64,000 bases of DNA from an uncultured cyanobacterium (GTDB lineage Bacteria; Cyanobacteriota; Cyanobacteriia; Cyanobacteriales; Nostocaceae): the NCBI GenBank assembly GCA_963706595.1, contig OY970166.1, positions 1,952,001 through 2,016,000 on the forward strand, read 5' to 3'. Positions 9,955 through 21,136 of this stretch are shown piece after piece (the stretch's first letter is position 1; each line of letters begins with the position of its first letter). The position numbers and the translations under genes were made by a program. The notes below the pieces were generated by a model. That model did no database searches. It saw only the letters and a list, made by a program, of their open reading frames with translations, and was not told the DNA's origin.

Positions 9955-11045
9955 TACACAGCCGCCCCTGTGGTGGGCTTGGGAGGCTGAAGTTCAGTGC
10001 CTATGCGTCCCCGATATAGCTGTGCTAATCGCTGCTCGTATTGAAGCAAATCGTGGTAAATTTCTTTGAAAATCGCAGTGGCTACGGGATCAGTGTACAT
10101 AGCACACAAATTACCAATATCACCAATACCTGTTTGCACATCTCCCAAGGCGCAACGTAACTGATAGATGTCATCGCTACCAGTGAAGGCACTTTTGACT
10201 TTGGCGTATTGATTGGCGATATTTGCCACTATGGAAGGTTTTTCACCGAGTCTGTCCAGATAGGTTTCTAATTTCTGAATATGGCGCTGTCTATGATTAA
10301 TCATCTCTTGAAAGAGCGATAGCACTTGGCTATCTGATTCTTTTTCGGCGTACTGTTCCAGGGCTTCGATTGCATAACGCTCCCCACTCAAGGCTGTATT
10401 CAAGCCTTTAGTGATTTCACCTTTGGTAGAACCACCCCAAGCATCAGCCAATTTCCACCACTCGGCGCTGGTGTCTTTCTCGTCTGGAAGTGCAGCATCT
10501 TTACCACCGTAACCCAAACGACTGAGCAGCGCTGTGGTAAAAATCGCTAAATCTCCAGGTTCGCGAGAGGTAATTAAATTTTTGTCTACTACTAACGGCT
10601 GATCAAGATAATTTGCACCTGCATTGATCATGTCTTTGCTAATAGCAGTAAAGCCAGTGGCTTTTCTACCTTTAAGCAAATCACCTTCAATTAAAAGTTG
10701 TGGTCCGTGACATACCGCAGCGATCAATTTTCCTTGTTGCATGGCTTCTTGTACGAAGCGCACTGTGTTGGGGTTCCGCCGCATTTTGTCGGGTGCCATA
10801 CCCCCAGGAATTACCACTGCGTCAAATTCCGCAGCTATGGCTTCTGTGGTGGTTGCGTCGGGTTGAACCGAAAGTTGACCTCGTTTACCCTTATATTTTT
10901 CATTCATGCGGGAACCGAGGACAATTACCTCCATTCCCGCTTGTTTTAAGCCATGACAAGGGATAGTAAATTCTATATCCTCAACTCCATTTTCAATGAG
11001 GATCGCCACTTTTTTCTTACCAGAATGATTTTTAGAATTTGTCAT
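9954..11045 (-). CDS. DJ-1/PfpI (YhbO-like) deglycase/protease fused to a ferritin-like C-terminal domain
   Basis: GVEDIE, IPGG, AVCHGP nucleophile elbow, ITSREPGD; helical C-terminal half. Confidence 0.85.
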   Translation of the reverse strand: MTNSKNHSGKKKVAILIENGVEDIEFTIPCHGLKQAGMEVIVLGSRMNEKYKGKRGQLSVQPDATTTEAIAAEFDAVVIPGGMAPDKMRRNPNTVRFVQEAMQQGKLIAAVCHGPQLLIEGDLLKGRKATGFTAISKDMINAGANYLDQPLVVDKNLITSREPGDLAIFTTALLSRLGYGGKDAALPDEKDTSAEWWKLADAWGGSTKGEITKGLNTALSGERYAIEALEQYAEKESDSQVLSLFQEMINHRQRHIQKLETYLDRLGEKPSIVANIANQYAKVKSAFTGSDDIYQLRCALGDVQTGIGDIGNLCAMYTDPVATAIFKEIYHDLLQYEQRLAQLYRGRIGTELQPPKPTTGAAV

Positions 11046-11091
11046 GAATTTTCTCTATTTTTAGAACTTAACCAAATACATTAATTGCTGC

Positions 11092-11496
11092 TTAAACTGC
11101 TGGAACTTCACCCGTTGGCGATGTTGCGAACAGTTCTTCGTAATCATGAGAAAAATGATGATGAAACTTGGCAAATTTCTCAGGATTAATGGCGTTTTGT
11201 AAGACTGCAAATACAGCCCGGACATGGATTGCGGTTGTTGTCGGTTCTATATTTTCTCGGAGACTAACACGGGTAATAAATTCTTGCAGGTTGAAAGATT
11301 CACTACTTTGTCCTTCTCTTCCTTGCAAAGATTGGCCTAGTTCTTGTGGTAATTCTGCTGCTATTTCTTGTGCTTCATCGCCGGGGACACGTTCTTTGAG
11401 AGTTTCTAAAGTAGCACGGGTAGCACGTTCGGCTTCTTCACGATCATTTGATTGGGCTAGGCTTTGTACGTGTGTAATAAATTCGTTATATTCCAT
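11092..11496 (-). CDS. DUF2267-like protein
   Basis: MEYNEFI...AERATRATLETLKER...AELPQEL pattern. Confidence 0.75.
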   Translation of the reverse strand: MEYNEFITHVQSLAQSNDREEAERATRATLETLKERVPGDEAQEIAAELPQELGQSLQGREGQSSESFNLQEFITRVSLRENIEPTTTAIHVRAVFAVLQNAINPEKFAKFHHHFSHDYEELFATSPTGEVPAV

Positions 11497-11708
11497 TTTC
11501 GACCTCTGCTCATCCAAATAGATGCTTGGTTTTTATAAATCAAATGCCAAACTTTGAATTTATACTTGCTAGTTTATGAGCTAATAATTATTTTATCTTC
11601 GTTCTCTGGGGATAGATTTTTTTATAACTAAAGTAATACATCTTTGGTAATACAGGGTTTTGATGTGGCGACGTTATGATCAATAAGTAAATGAAATTAC
11701 TATTATTT

Positions 11709-12107
11709 ATGCTAGAAAATAATCAAAATGAAGAAGTTAATCCTGATGATTTAGCACCAGAAATTACGGAATCTTACGGTACTGGTGTCAAGGATCTGCC
11801 GGGGTATAATATTGGTGGGCGATCGCTCAAACAAAGAAACCGTGAATATACTCATACCAGTCCGGAAATTACTGGTGGTGATATTGATGCTAATTGGCAA
11901 GTGGAGGATGCAGTCGGAGATGAAGCCGTGGGTGGTACTGCTCCCACTCCTGATCAAAATGTGACTGATGAATTAGGAGCAGCAGTAGGTTTACCGATGA
12001 ATGACCAGACTTTTCTCCACACCAACGATATTTTAGAGCAACGTGATGATTCTCGCTGGGAATTAGATCCCATGTCTGCTGATGATTATTCAGAACGGAA
12101 AGAATGA
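11709..12107 (+). CDS. Acidic conserved hypothetical protein (DUF6335-like)
   Basis: TGGDIDANW..VGDEAVGGTAPTPDQN motif. Confidence 0.65.
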   Translation: MLENNQNEEVNPDDLAPEITESYGTGVKDLPGYNIGGRSLKQRNREYTHTSPEITGGDIDANWQVEDAVGDEAVGGTAPTPDQNVTDELGAAVGLPMNDQTFLHTNDILEQRDDSRWELDPMSADDYSERKE

Positions 12108-12131
12108 TGCTAATTGCACTTTTAATTAAGA

Positions 12132-15100
12132 TTAATTTCTAGTGCCAATTCCATTCAAATATATAATGACTGGACTATTGAAAGCATCACTACTAATACT
12201 GAGTTTTGCATCACGTTTCCCTTCACCTTGAGCATAGAAACTCACATCAATTTGATATTGATCACCTGGAGCTACTACAGTTTGAGTAATGCGGCCAGTA
12301 GGACTAAATTCGTTAGTATGGTTAGGGCTAAAGTCGTTAGTATGGTTGCCTTCTATCTGAATATTAGTGATACTTAAAGGTGCTGAACCTGTGTTAGTAA
12401 CTATAATAGTTTGTGGTGGGCTACTTTGATCTCCTATTTCTTGTTGTCCAAAGGTCAAGGAAGTACGACTTAGGCTGATATTTGGTCCAGGAGGGTTGGT
12501 GGCATTTCCAGTTAATTGAACTTGTTTGGGACTACCCGCAGCGTTATGGGCAATTTCTAGAATGGCTTGGCGATCGCCTTCATTTCTGGGTTGAAATTTG
12601 ATAGTAATTTGACAATTCTTTTCTGGTTCAACAGATGAATTATTAGCACAACTATTTTTAACAAATTTAAACTCTTGACTATCAATATTAGTGCTAGTTA
12701 TCTTCAAAGATGCTGAACCTGTGTTAGTAACTGTAATAGTTTGTGATTGGCTACTTTGATCTCCTATTTCTTGTTTTCTAAAGGTTAAGGAAGGACGACT
12801 TAGGCTGATATTTGGTCTAGGAGGGTTGGTGGCATTTCCAGTTAATTGCACTTGTTTGGGACTACCCGCAGCATTATGGGAAATTTCTAGAATGGCTTGG
12901 CGATCGCCTTCATTTCTGGGTTGAAATTTGACAGTAATTTGACAATTCTTTTCTGGTTCAACAGAGTAATTATTAGCACAATTATTCTTGATAATTTCAA
13001 ATTCTTGACTGTTAATTTTAGTGCTAGTTATCTTCAAAGATGCTGAACCTGTGTTAGTAACTGTAATAGTTTGTGGTTGGCTACTTTGATCTCCTATTTC
13101 TTGTTTTCCAAAGGTTAAGGAAGCACGATTTAGGCTGATATTTGGTACAGGACGCTTGGTGGCATTTCCAGTTAATTGGACTTGTTTGGGATTACCCGCA
13201 GCATTATGGGCAATTGCTAGAATGGCTTGGTGATCGCCTTCATTTCTGGGTTGGAATTTGATAGTAATTTGACAATTCTTTTCTGGTTCAACAGATGAAT
13301 TATTAGCACAATCATTCTTGATAATTTCAAATTCTTGACTGTCAATTTTACTACTAATTATCTTCAAAGATGCTGAACCTGCATTATCAATAGTAATTTC
13401 TGCTGTATTGCTATCTCCAAGAAAGATGTCACCAAAGTCCAATATCTGAGATTCAATCACCAAAATAGGTACAGGTATTTCACTTCCACTTCCAGTAAGT
13501 TGGACAAGCTGGGGAGTATCACTAGCATCGTGGTAAATTGTCAGTTCAGCATTGTACTGACCAGGAGTTTTGGGAGTGAAATCAATACTGATTTGGCAAA
13601 TATCTTGAGGATTGATCACATCTCCCGTAGCACAACCTCCAGATATAGTTTTAAAATTATCCTTTCTCTCACCACTAATCACAATAGCGAGAATTTTTAG
13701 GGGTTTTAAGCCTTGATTGCTAAAGGTCAAAGTTTTTGCTGGACTAGTTTGATTAATCTCTAAGGTGTTGAAATCTAGATTTTCTGGAGCAAGTACAACC
13801 CTAGCCTGATAGTTAGATAAAACAGATTTAATTCCCCATCCAATTAAGAACAGTCCAAAAATAGCAACAATTACCTTTAACCACAGAGGAAATCGGAGAA
13901 TGAGTAAATGAGACTCTGGCAGATGTTCGGGAATATTTGCGGATGGTTTTTCGCTAATATCAGGTACTTGATTGAGGATGTTGAGATTATGACGAGTGGC
14001 TTCAGCACCAATTTTGTCACCTAAAGATTCCCGAATCCGAAGTGCTTCATTTAAGAATTTTTGAGTTGAACTTTGATTTCCCAAACAAAGTTCACGAGTC
14101 CCCAGTTGATGCCATACCCAACTTTCGGTAACTTGGTCTCCAATGCTTTGCACCGCTTGCAGAGTTTGTTCCAATACCTGCCGCCATGCGTCCCACTGCC
14201 CATTCAGGTACTAGAGAACTTTCTGCGGCTCTGGCAAGAGTAGTCATCTCTGCATGATGACCATGCGCTGCTGCCCATTGCAATAGTTCCAAAAGTACAT
14301 CTGATTCTTGCAATAAGTTTTCAGGCAATGATTGATACTGTTGTACCCAGTTGCTAGAATAATTTAATATTTGCTCCATGCAAGCAGTTAAATTCCATTC
14401 CTGCTTCACAAACTCAATCACGTTGTTGGCGATGCGATAACAATCACCTTCCAACTCTACTAAATGAAATTTTTGCAAGCTATTTAAAAGTGGTTCAATC
14501 TTCAGTGCTTCTGTCTGGGCAGATGTATGCGATATTTGACTTATTTGTTGAGCAGCAAGCGTTGTTAAGGAAATTAGAATCGCTAAAATTGATAAAATCC
14601 AACGTTGAGATTTGGTGAGCGAACCCAATATATGCTTCCGCAAAAATTCCTCACGAGAAGATGATTTTACTAATTGTAATACTTCTGCTAAGGATAGGTT
14701 TTTTTCCTTGGCGATCGCTACTGTTTGAAGAATATCAAGAGGATGATTTTCCAAGGCAACACAGAGTAACTTAGCAGTAGATAATTCCTCCGGTGTTAAA
14801 GTTCTTCTTAACTCCTGTTCTACTAAACGTAAAGCATCCCTCTCCGGTAAACCTGGTAAAGCTTCAGCATATCCCTCTCCCCAAATATGTCGCTCATGAG
14901 ATGCCAGTATAAATGTGCCATTGGGGACGACGGTATTAATTACTCTATCCAAGTCATCTTGTTGCCACTGCACATCATCTAAAAGTAGCAGAAATTTTTT
15001 ATTATCTAACTTAAATTTAATCTCATCGTCAGTAGGTTTATAGGGAATATCACTGCTATAAAAGGCATTAAATAAAAATTGCAGCCAGTCAGAAATAGAC

Positions 15101-15633
15101 TTGCCACGAGTATCGTCATAGATAATACCATCAGGAAAGAGTTTTTCAATTTGAGGATGGTAAGAAAGGTAACGCAAAAGTACAGACTTTCCTAATCCCT
15201 TTCGTCCATAAAATTCTACTGGTTGTTCATACTGAAGGCTGGTAATTGTACTACTAACTTCTGATTTGCGACCTAGTAGACCAACAAACTGACGCGGACG
15301 AAAAAAAATCGGGGTGGTGCGAGGTGTTAATTTAACTTGTTGCTGTGGAGAAGTAATATTCACAATCCCACCATAAATATCTTTTATTTGGTAAATGTAA
15401 TTACCACAAGCTATTTGACTATTAGTATTTTCATTGATGTTATAGATGTCATCGCCAATTCTCTGAGCGTTTACCGTCTCAGCATTTACTACATCTCCAG
15501 CAAAGTGAGCGCCTTTTAAGTTGAAATTATTGGTTTCATTATTTACAGTTTGCTGGTTGTTATCGCCTTGAACATTATTGACGTTTCCGCCTACAGAACC
15601 ACCAACTGAAAAGTCATTAGGATTGTTAGTCAT
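12132..15633 (-). CDS. STAND/NB-ARC-like NTPase with TPR-like helices, TM segment and about five Ig-like (choice-of-anchor D/ASH) repeats; split by a +1 frameshift near 14207
   Basis: Walker A GRKGLGKS and Walker B LLLLDD; removing one G at 14207-8 joins the two ORFs (SSLV-LNGQWDAWRQVLEQ) into about 1166 aa; ~330-bp tandem repeats at about 12.4-13.4 kb. Confidence 0.75.
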
Positions 15634-15774
15634 TAAACTTCCCTATTCAACATTGGCATAAACGCTAAAACTCTCCACATTTTGAAGCGTAGAACTATCG
15701 ACTTGATACTTAAAAGCTAAATCAGGCTATTGTGAATTAGAGTTATCTGGTAGCGGATAACTCATAAATCATTT

Positions 15775-16251
15775 CTACAATCCCAATAGAGATGAACCAG
15801 CAGCAGCACCCAACCAGCTTGCAACCTTGATCATAATAGGCTTGGCTGTTGTCCACAGTTTTTTACCAGAATCAACAGTCTGAGTAGTCTTTTCTAAAGT
15901 TTCAGCAACACTTTCCAAACGATTTAATGCACGTTGTTTATTTGGTTCTTCTTTTTCTGTTGCTTTCTGGGCTGCACTCAAATCTTCAATGATTTCTTCT
16001 TTTGTGTCTGCTGGTAGTTCTGTTTCTTTAATCAAAGTTTGCAGTTTTGCAAGTAACTTGACAACATCCTCTTTATTCAATGATTTTGCGATATCTGCAC
16101 TTGCTTGGTTATGTTGTGTTACTTGATTACCATCTCCGAGTACAGCCTGATTATTATCTCCCTGTACTACTCGGTTATTGTCACCCTGAACGTTATTGAT
16201 GTTCCCGCCTACAGAACCACCAATGGAAAATCCACCAGAATTGTCAGTCAT
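15775..16251 (-). CDS. Small protein with G/N/Q-rich N-terminal motif and helical C-terminal domain
   Basis: 158-aa ORF with AGGGAAG RBS; N-terminus nearly identical to that of the downstream NTPase. Confidence 0.75.
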   Translation of the reverse strand: MTDNSGGFSIGGSVGGNINNVQGDNNRVVQGDNNQAVLGDGNQVTQHNQASADIAKSLNKEDVVKLLAKLQTLIKETELPADTKEEIIEDLSAAQKATEKEEPNKQRALNRLESVAETLEKTTQTVDSGKKLWTTAKPIMIKVASWLGAAAGSSLLGL

Positions 16252-16286
16252 AAAACTTCCCTGTTTTACGTTTGAATAAAAATTCA

Positions 16287-16397
16287 GGCGTTGCCCAAAG
16301 CAAGTATGAATTTAAATATAGAGAGGTGACGTGACACGTCTGTATATAGATTTTGACATGATCACAAATCGTGTTCATACTTCAAATCAGCAACGCC
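16287..16397. mobile_element. MITE-like element (TIR GGCGTTGC)
   Basis: ggcgttgc...tcagcaacgcc with near-TSD aaaattca/aaaattta; homologous to 23772-23882. Confidence 0.6.
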
Positions 16398-16684
16398 AAA
16401 ATTTAGAATGCTCCGGAACATCCATTGCTATATTTTCTAATCTGTGGATTCAATTATCGTTTTCTGTTAGCAATTATTTAATTTCTCTGTTCGACAAATT
16501 TTGAAACCCTCCTTGCGACTTCTCTCCTTGTGTCCCTTGTCCACCTGGAAGTCCCTAAATCTGGGGGCTTGTACCACTAATATCAAATTCGGGTGATTAC
16601 TGATCCTAAAATCTCTCAATGTAAGGTTGGGTTTCGCTGTCGTTCAACCCAACCTTGTATCTGGGAAAAAGTGGTAAACCGTCC

Positions 16685-19057
16685 CTAATCAACCGCTATT
16701 GGCCAAATTCTGATCGTTTTGTCAGCACTACCACTAGCGAGTAACTTACCATCTGGACTCAAAGAAATAGCATTTACAGTTCCTGAATGTCCAGTCAAGG
16801 TTTGCAAGACTTCACCTGTAGAAAGTTGCCAAATTTTGATCGTTTTGTCAGCACTACCACTGAAGAGGGTTTTGCCATCAGGACTAATGGCTAACGTTTT
16901 CACCTCATCTGCATGACTATTTAATGTATGCAGAAGTTTACCTGAGATTAAATCCCAAATTTTAATAGTTTTGTCAGCACCACCACTAAAGAGGAATTTG
17001 CCATCAGGACTCATGGTAATTGATTTTACCTCACCTGAATGACCGATGAGGGCGCGTAAAGGATCACCGGTGCGTGGGTTCCATAGTCTGATTTTGCTAT
17101 CAGCACTCCCACTGGCGAGGATTTTACCATCGTGGCTAATTGCGATCGCATGGACAGCAGAAGTATGCCAAAGTGTAGAAATGCGATCGCCTCCGGCGCG
17201 GCTTTGCCCATCGCTTGTATGCAAATTCCAGATTTTGATTTTATGACTCCCACTAGCCATAATCTGCCCATCTGAGCTAATTGCGACGACATTAACTGGT
17301 TTTTGATGTCCTAGAAGCGTATGCAGTAGTTTACCCCTTTTTAAGTCCCATACCTTCACATTGCTTCTGGGATGTTCACAACTACCAACAGCCAGAAAAT
17401 TACTATCAGGACTAATTGCAACAGATGAAACTGCTCCTTGATTAGCTGTGAGGGTGCGAATTTGTTGACCAGTCTTAAGATTCCAAACATTGATAGTTTT
17501 GTCAGTACAACCACTGACTAAAAACTCCCCATCTGAACTAATAGCTACTGATGCAACCTTCCCCGAATGTGCAGCCAGGGTATAACTGACAGAGGGGGAT
17601 GCTAGGGTAAGTTTCTCCTGGAGATGAGCGATTTTATCTAAAAGCTGGTCTACAGCCGAAATACTTTCACTATGCCCTACTGCTGTAAAATACTCTTTTA
17701 ACTTTTGCAAATATGCCTTGTCTTCTATCTTGATGGCTGATTGCATCGCCTCGAAAGGATTAATAAATTCCTCTACCGACACTTGACGTAATTCCAACCA
17801 TCTGTTGATAGAATAATCAACCTGTGACTGCGCCCAAGAAGAATCAGGTAAATGAGATAAACTTTGGGCTAATTGCAAAGCCAACTCTGGAACCCAGTAA
17901 CGACGCTCATCTTCTAAAGCTTGATAAACTTCTTCATAACCTGTAGCGTATACCCGCAAAAGTTCCTGTACAGATTGTAAATTAAAAGTATCTTCAAGTA
18001 AACTGGGCAGCACCTCTGGTAATAAAGGCGACACATCATAGTCCACTAAGTGATAAGCATCAGCTACCCAAGCAGCAACTAAACAATGACAGTTAATTAA
18101 CACCTGGGAAAGGGTTTCTAAATCCTGATGATTAACTTGATATTTTAAGGATAATTGACTCATATCAATACCCTGACCTTGCCATTTTTCCGCCTTTTCT
18201 AAAATTGCCAGATTTAGCACATTATCTTGGCCTAAATCATTAATTTCTGCGATATCTTCCCCCATTAATCGGAGTTCATCTCTCACCTTTCTCCATTCTA
18301 AAGCCCGACTTTTAGCAGACTCATGCAGAATTTCTCGATAAGGTAGACGAAAGATGGTTTTGTAATAATAAGTTTCCTGACCTAACCCCCAATAAGCAAT
18401 GCGGAAATTGAGATAATCCCCATCATGCTCCGATTCTAAAATCAAAATCGGCTCTGTTTTTAACATTCCAAACAAAGCCTTGATACTAGATTCACTATGA
18501 AACCGTTTACTATCCCAAGCGCCTGCTAAAAGTTCCGTGGGTCGAATGGGACTGTGGAGCGAATAATATTTGTGCAGAAACTCTCGTAAACCTTCCGCCA
18601 AAGTTAGCTCTATTGCCGAATTTTCCTCACTATTGTGGTCAAATTGGTCAAACTTAATTTGTGGAGGAGCTAGAAAAATTTTCAGAGGTTTACGTTGAGA
18701 ATTAGTGCCAACATCTAAAATTTGAGAAGGATATAGTCTCAAAGGCCAACTATCAAAAATTTTGGCAACTTCTGGCAATTTAAGAGAAGTTTCTCGTGAT
18801 TGCGTTGCTATTTTTAACTGTGTTGCACGTTGGTAAATAGCCAATTCTTGTTGCAGGACTTTTTGCTGTTCAAAGTCTGTAATCACACCATCTTTTTGCA
18901 GAGGTAAATTTACAGTTTGGATGAATTCTTTAATTACTTGAGGGAATTGAGAATTGTTGGTAGAGAGACTTTCAGCAGTTCGCTTTTGGATGAGAGTGAC
19001 AATCACAGGTGTGAACTCGATCACCAATTGAGTGAGTAACCTTAATCCTGGCTCCAT
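16685..19057 (-). CDS. WD40 repeat protein with uncharacterised N-terminal region
   Basis: Seven GH...SGS.DKTIKIW repeats at the C-terminus. Confidence 0.9.
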   Translation of the reverse strand: MEPGLRLLTQLVIEFTPVIVTLIQKRTAESLSTNNSQFPQVIKEFIQTVNLPLQKDGVITDFEQQKVLQQELAIYQRATQLKIATQSRETSLKLPEVAKIFDSWPLRLYPSQILDVGTNSQRKPLKIFLAPPQIKFDQFDHNSEENSAIELTLAEGLREFLHKYYSLHSPIRPTELLAGAWDSKRFHSESSIKALFGMLKTEPILILESEHDGDYLNFRIAYWGLGQETYYYKTIFRLPYREILHESAKSRALEWRKVRDELRLMGEDIAEINDLGQDNVLNLAILEKAEKWQGQGIDMSQLSLKYQVNHQDLETLSQVLINCHCLVAAWVADAYHLVDYDVSPLLPEVLPSLLEDTFNLQSVQELLRVYATGYEEVYQALEDERRYWVPELALQLAQSLSHLPDSSWAQSQVDYSINRWLELRQVSVEEFINPFEAMQSAIKIEDKAYLQKLKEYFTAVGHSESISAVDQLLDKIAHLQEKLTLASPSVSYTLAAHSGKVASVAISSDGEFLVSGCTDKTINVWNLKTGQQIRTLTANQGAVSSVAISPDSNFLAVGSCEHPRSNVKVWDLKRGKLLHTLLGHQKPVNVVAISSDGQIMASGSHKIKIWNLHTSDGQSRAGGDRISTLWHTSAVHAIAISHDGKILASGSADSKIRLWNPRTGDPLRALIGHSGEVKSITMSPDGKFLFSGGADKTIKIWDLISGKLLHTLNSHADEVKTLAISPDGKTLFSGSADKTIKIWQLSTGEVLQTLTGHSGTVNAISLSPDGKLLASGSADKTIRIWPIAVD

Positions 19058-19260
19058 AAGGAGATTCCTGTTAAGTAAATAAAATTTTCAGTGTACTGCA
19101 AAGATGCGTAGTAGCTTGTTAGGAGACACTTACAATATAGTAAGCTCATCTTTTTCATTAATAAAATTAGCAGCCACTGCCTATACTACTATCTTAAGAA
19201 ACATTTTTGGGGAAAAAAATAAAATTCATCATTGACTGTGGACTGATTAAAAAATATTTA

Positions 19261-19421
19261 TATAGCGGTATCCACTCCAATGAAGTACATCATAGCCCCC
19301 TCCTCGCTTGCGGTGAACCAGCGCTGTAGGCGGGTTTCCCACCGTAGGCGACTGGTGAACCCGAAGGGGGAGGGGGTTGGGGGTGGGGTTCTTGTATCTC
19401 ACTTAACTGATAACCGCTATA
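19261..19421. mobile_element. Second, inverted copy of the TATAGCGGT MITE with a different ~55-bp internal insertion
   Basis: Reverse-complement match to the 5670-5941 outer element; both reduce to 106 bp when inserts are removed. Confidence 0.75.
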
Positions 19422-19500
19422 CCAAAAAGCAAAATACCTCACTTAGCCTAAAAAGACGCATTGAGGTATTGCTTAGTTGTTAAATTAGTAACTGAAAAAA

Positions 19501-19917
19501 TTAAAATTTTATTCCAAGTTGTCCATTCAATCCGCGCACAGAATTATAACCCGCACCTATAAAAACGTTATCAGTAGCACCTACCTGAACACCACCAGAA
19601 AAAGCCACGCCCTGATCTTCTGAATACCAACCAACTCCGACATAAGGTGAAATCACTGGTAAACTCAGAAATTTCAAAACATCTGCGCCCACAGCCCCAT
19701 CCGGTCCAACTCCTACCTCCACCCCAAAATCTAAAGCTCTAACTCCTACAGCATAGGTAACATCGCCATCTTTTTCACCCACAGAAACCCAGGGTTGTGG
19801 TAAAAATTGAGCCGAAGCTTGACTGGGGACAAATAGAGTTAAGCAACTAAATGATGAAATGAGTATTTTGGCAAGAACAGATTTTTTCACGTTTTTCTCC
19901 CACACTACCTTTAACAT
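19501..19917 (-). CDS. Secreted/outer-membrane beta-strand-rich hypothetical protein
   Basis: Signal peptide (ASA-Q), alternating Gly/hydrophobic strands, C-terminal Phe. Confidence 0.65.
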   Translation of the reverse strand: MLKVVWEKNVKKSVLAKILISSFSCLTLFVPSQASAQFLPQPWVSVGEKDGDVTYAVGVRALDFGVEVGVGPDGAVGADVLKFLSLPVISPYVGVGWYSEDQGVAFSGGVQVGATDNVFIGAGYNSVRGLNGQLGIKF

Positions 19918-20101
19918 TTTGACATCCCTTGAAGGCGTAAAATTCCCATTCTAAGGCTTCTTCTTTCTAAGACTCGACTTACTCTCAGGAGTTTCCGTTC
20001 TCCGTTCCAGTCTCTGTACTAATGTCAGAAATTCATCTGAGTGTGTTAATTTCCTGTATAATTAACAACTGTTTATGACCGATTACTAAAAAAATCCCAT
20101 C

Positions 20102-20488
20102 ATGTCACCCGAATCTATTGAAACAATTGTATCCGCTTATTTTGCTAACATTGCAGCCATGAATCCAGAAGGCTGGGTGGAGAATTTTGCTGAAGATGCT
20201 ATTAGTCATGACCCGGTTGGTGAACCACCGGCGAAAGTACATGAGGGATATCGCGAGTTTATGGGACAGTTACAAGCATTCTTCGATAAATTAGAACCAA
20301 AAACTGAGCATATCTTCGTTGGTGGTAATGAGGCGGCGGTAAAGTGGACAATGGAAGGTGTGAGTAAAAGAGGTAAATCAGTTATCTTTGAAGGAATTAC
20401 GATTTTTGAAATTAACGCCGCAGGTAAAATTCAAACAACTCGCGCTTATTGGAATCCGGCAAATATGGTGGCGCAACTGCGGTCTTAA
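20102..20488 (+). CDS. SnoaL/NTF2-like (ketosteroid isomerase-like) protein
   Basis: FAEDAISHDPVG, FEGITIFE, TRAYWN. Confidence 0.85.
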   Translation: MSPESIETIVSAYFANIAAMNPEGWVENFAEDAISHDPVGEPPAKVHEGYREFMGQLQAFFDKLEPKTEHIFVGGNEAAVKWTMEGVSKRGKSVIFEGITIFEINAAGKIQTTRAYWNPANMVAQLRS

Positions 20489-21136
20489 ATTTCCAGGAGT
20501 GTAAAATTTTAAAATTATCCCACAATTCAGGAAGAGGATGTAACTACTTGGGAAAAGCGGTGCTTCAGTTATTTTTATGGAAAACTTTGGACAATAAATA
20601 TTTTATAGCCATTATCCAGTGCTGTTTCCACTCCAGACACTACTCAGTATCATTCTGACAATTGTTTTTATTGTCGAACTTTACCAATTTCAAAATTTAT
20701 GAGGCTGGTCTTTGCTGTGGGCAACAATTCAAGGGTCAACGCAGAAAAGGACAAAATAAGGGGCAACCTTTTTCCTTTCTAATTCTCAATGAAGGTAGAG
20801 GAATGGACTTTACCATAAACTTTTAGAAACCCTGGCGGTTGACACTCAGCAATTAACAAATTTTGTGTATTTTGCCCTCTCCAGATATCCCAATCAGAAT
20901 TCTAAATAGCACTCCATTCAGGGATACAATAACACTAGATATAGAAATCATATTTGATTTATGAAAAATTTTAAGTATTGTAGTGGCGTGGCAAGGCTAA
21001 AATGTTGCAATAGATTTTAGCCTTGTCACGCTACTACGTGTCTGTTCAAAAATCAAATAGTAGTCCTATATTTAATCCCGAAATCTGCAATTTATTTTGC
21101 ACCACTACTTATGAAAAAACAAAAGTGAAAACTAAA

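Noticed and set aside
12380..13390. ~330-bp repeats as diversity-generating retroelement template/variable repeats
   Set aside because: They are in-frame tandem domain repeats, no reverse transcriptase is present, and differences are not evidently adenine-specific
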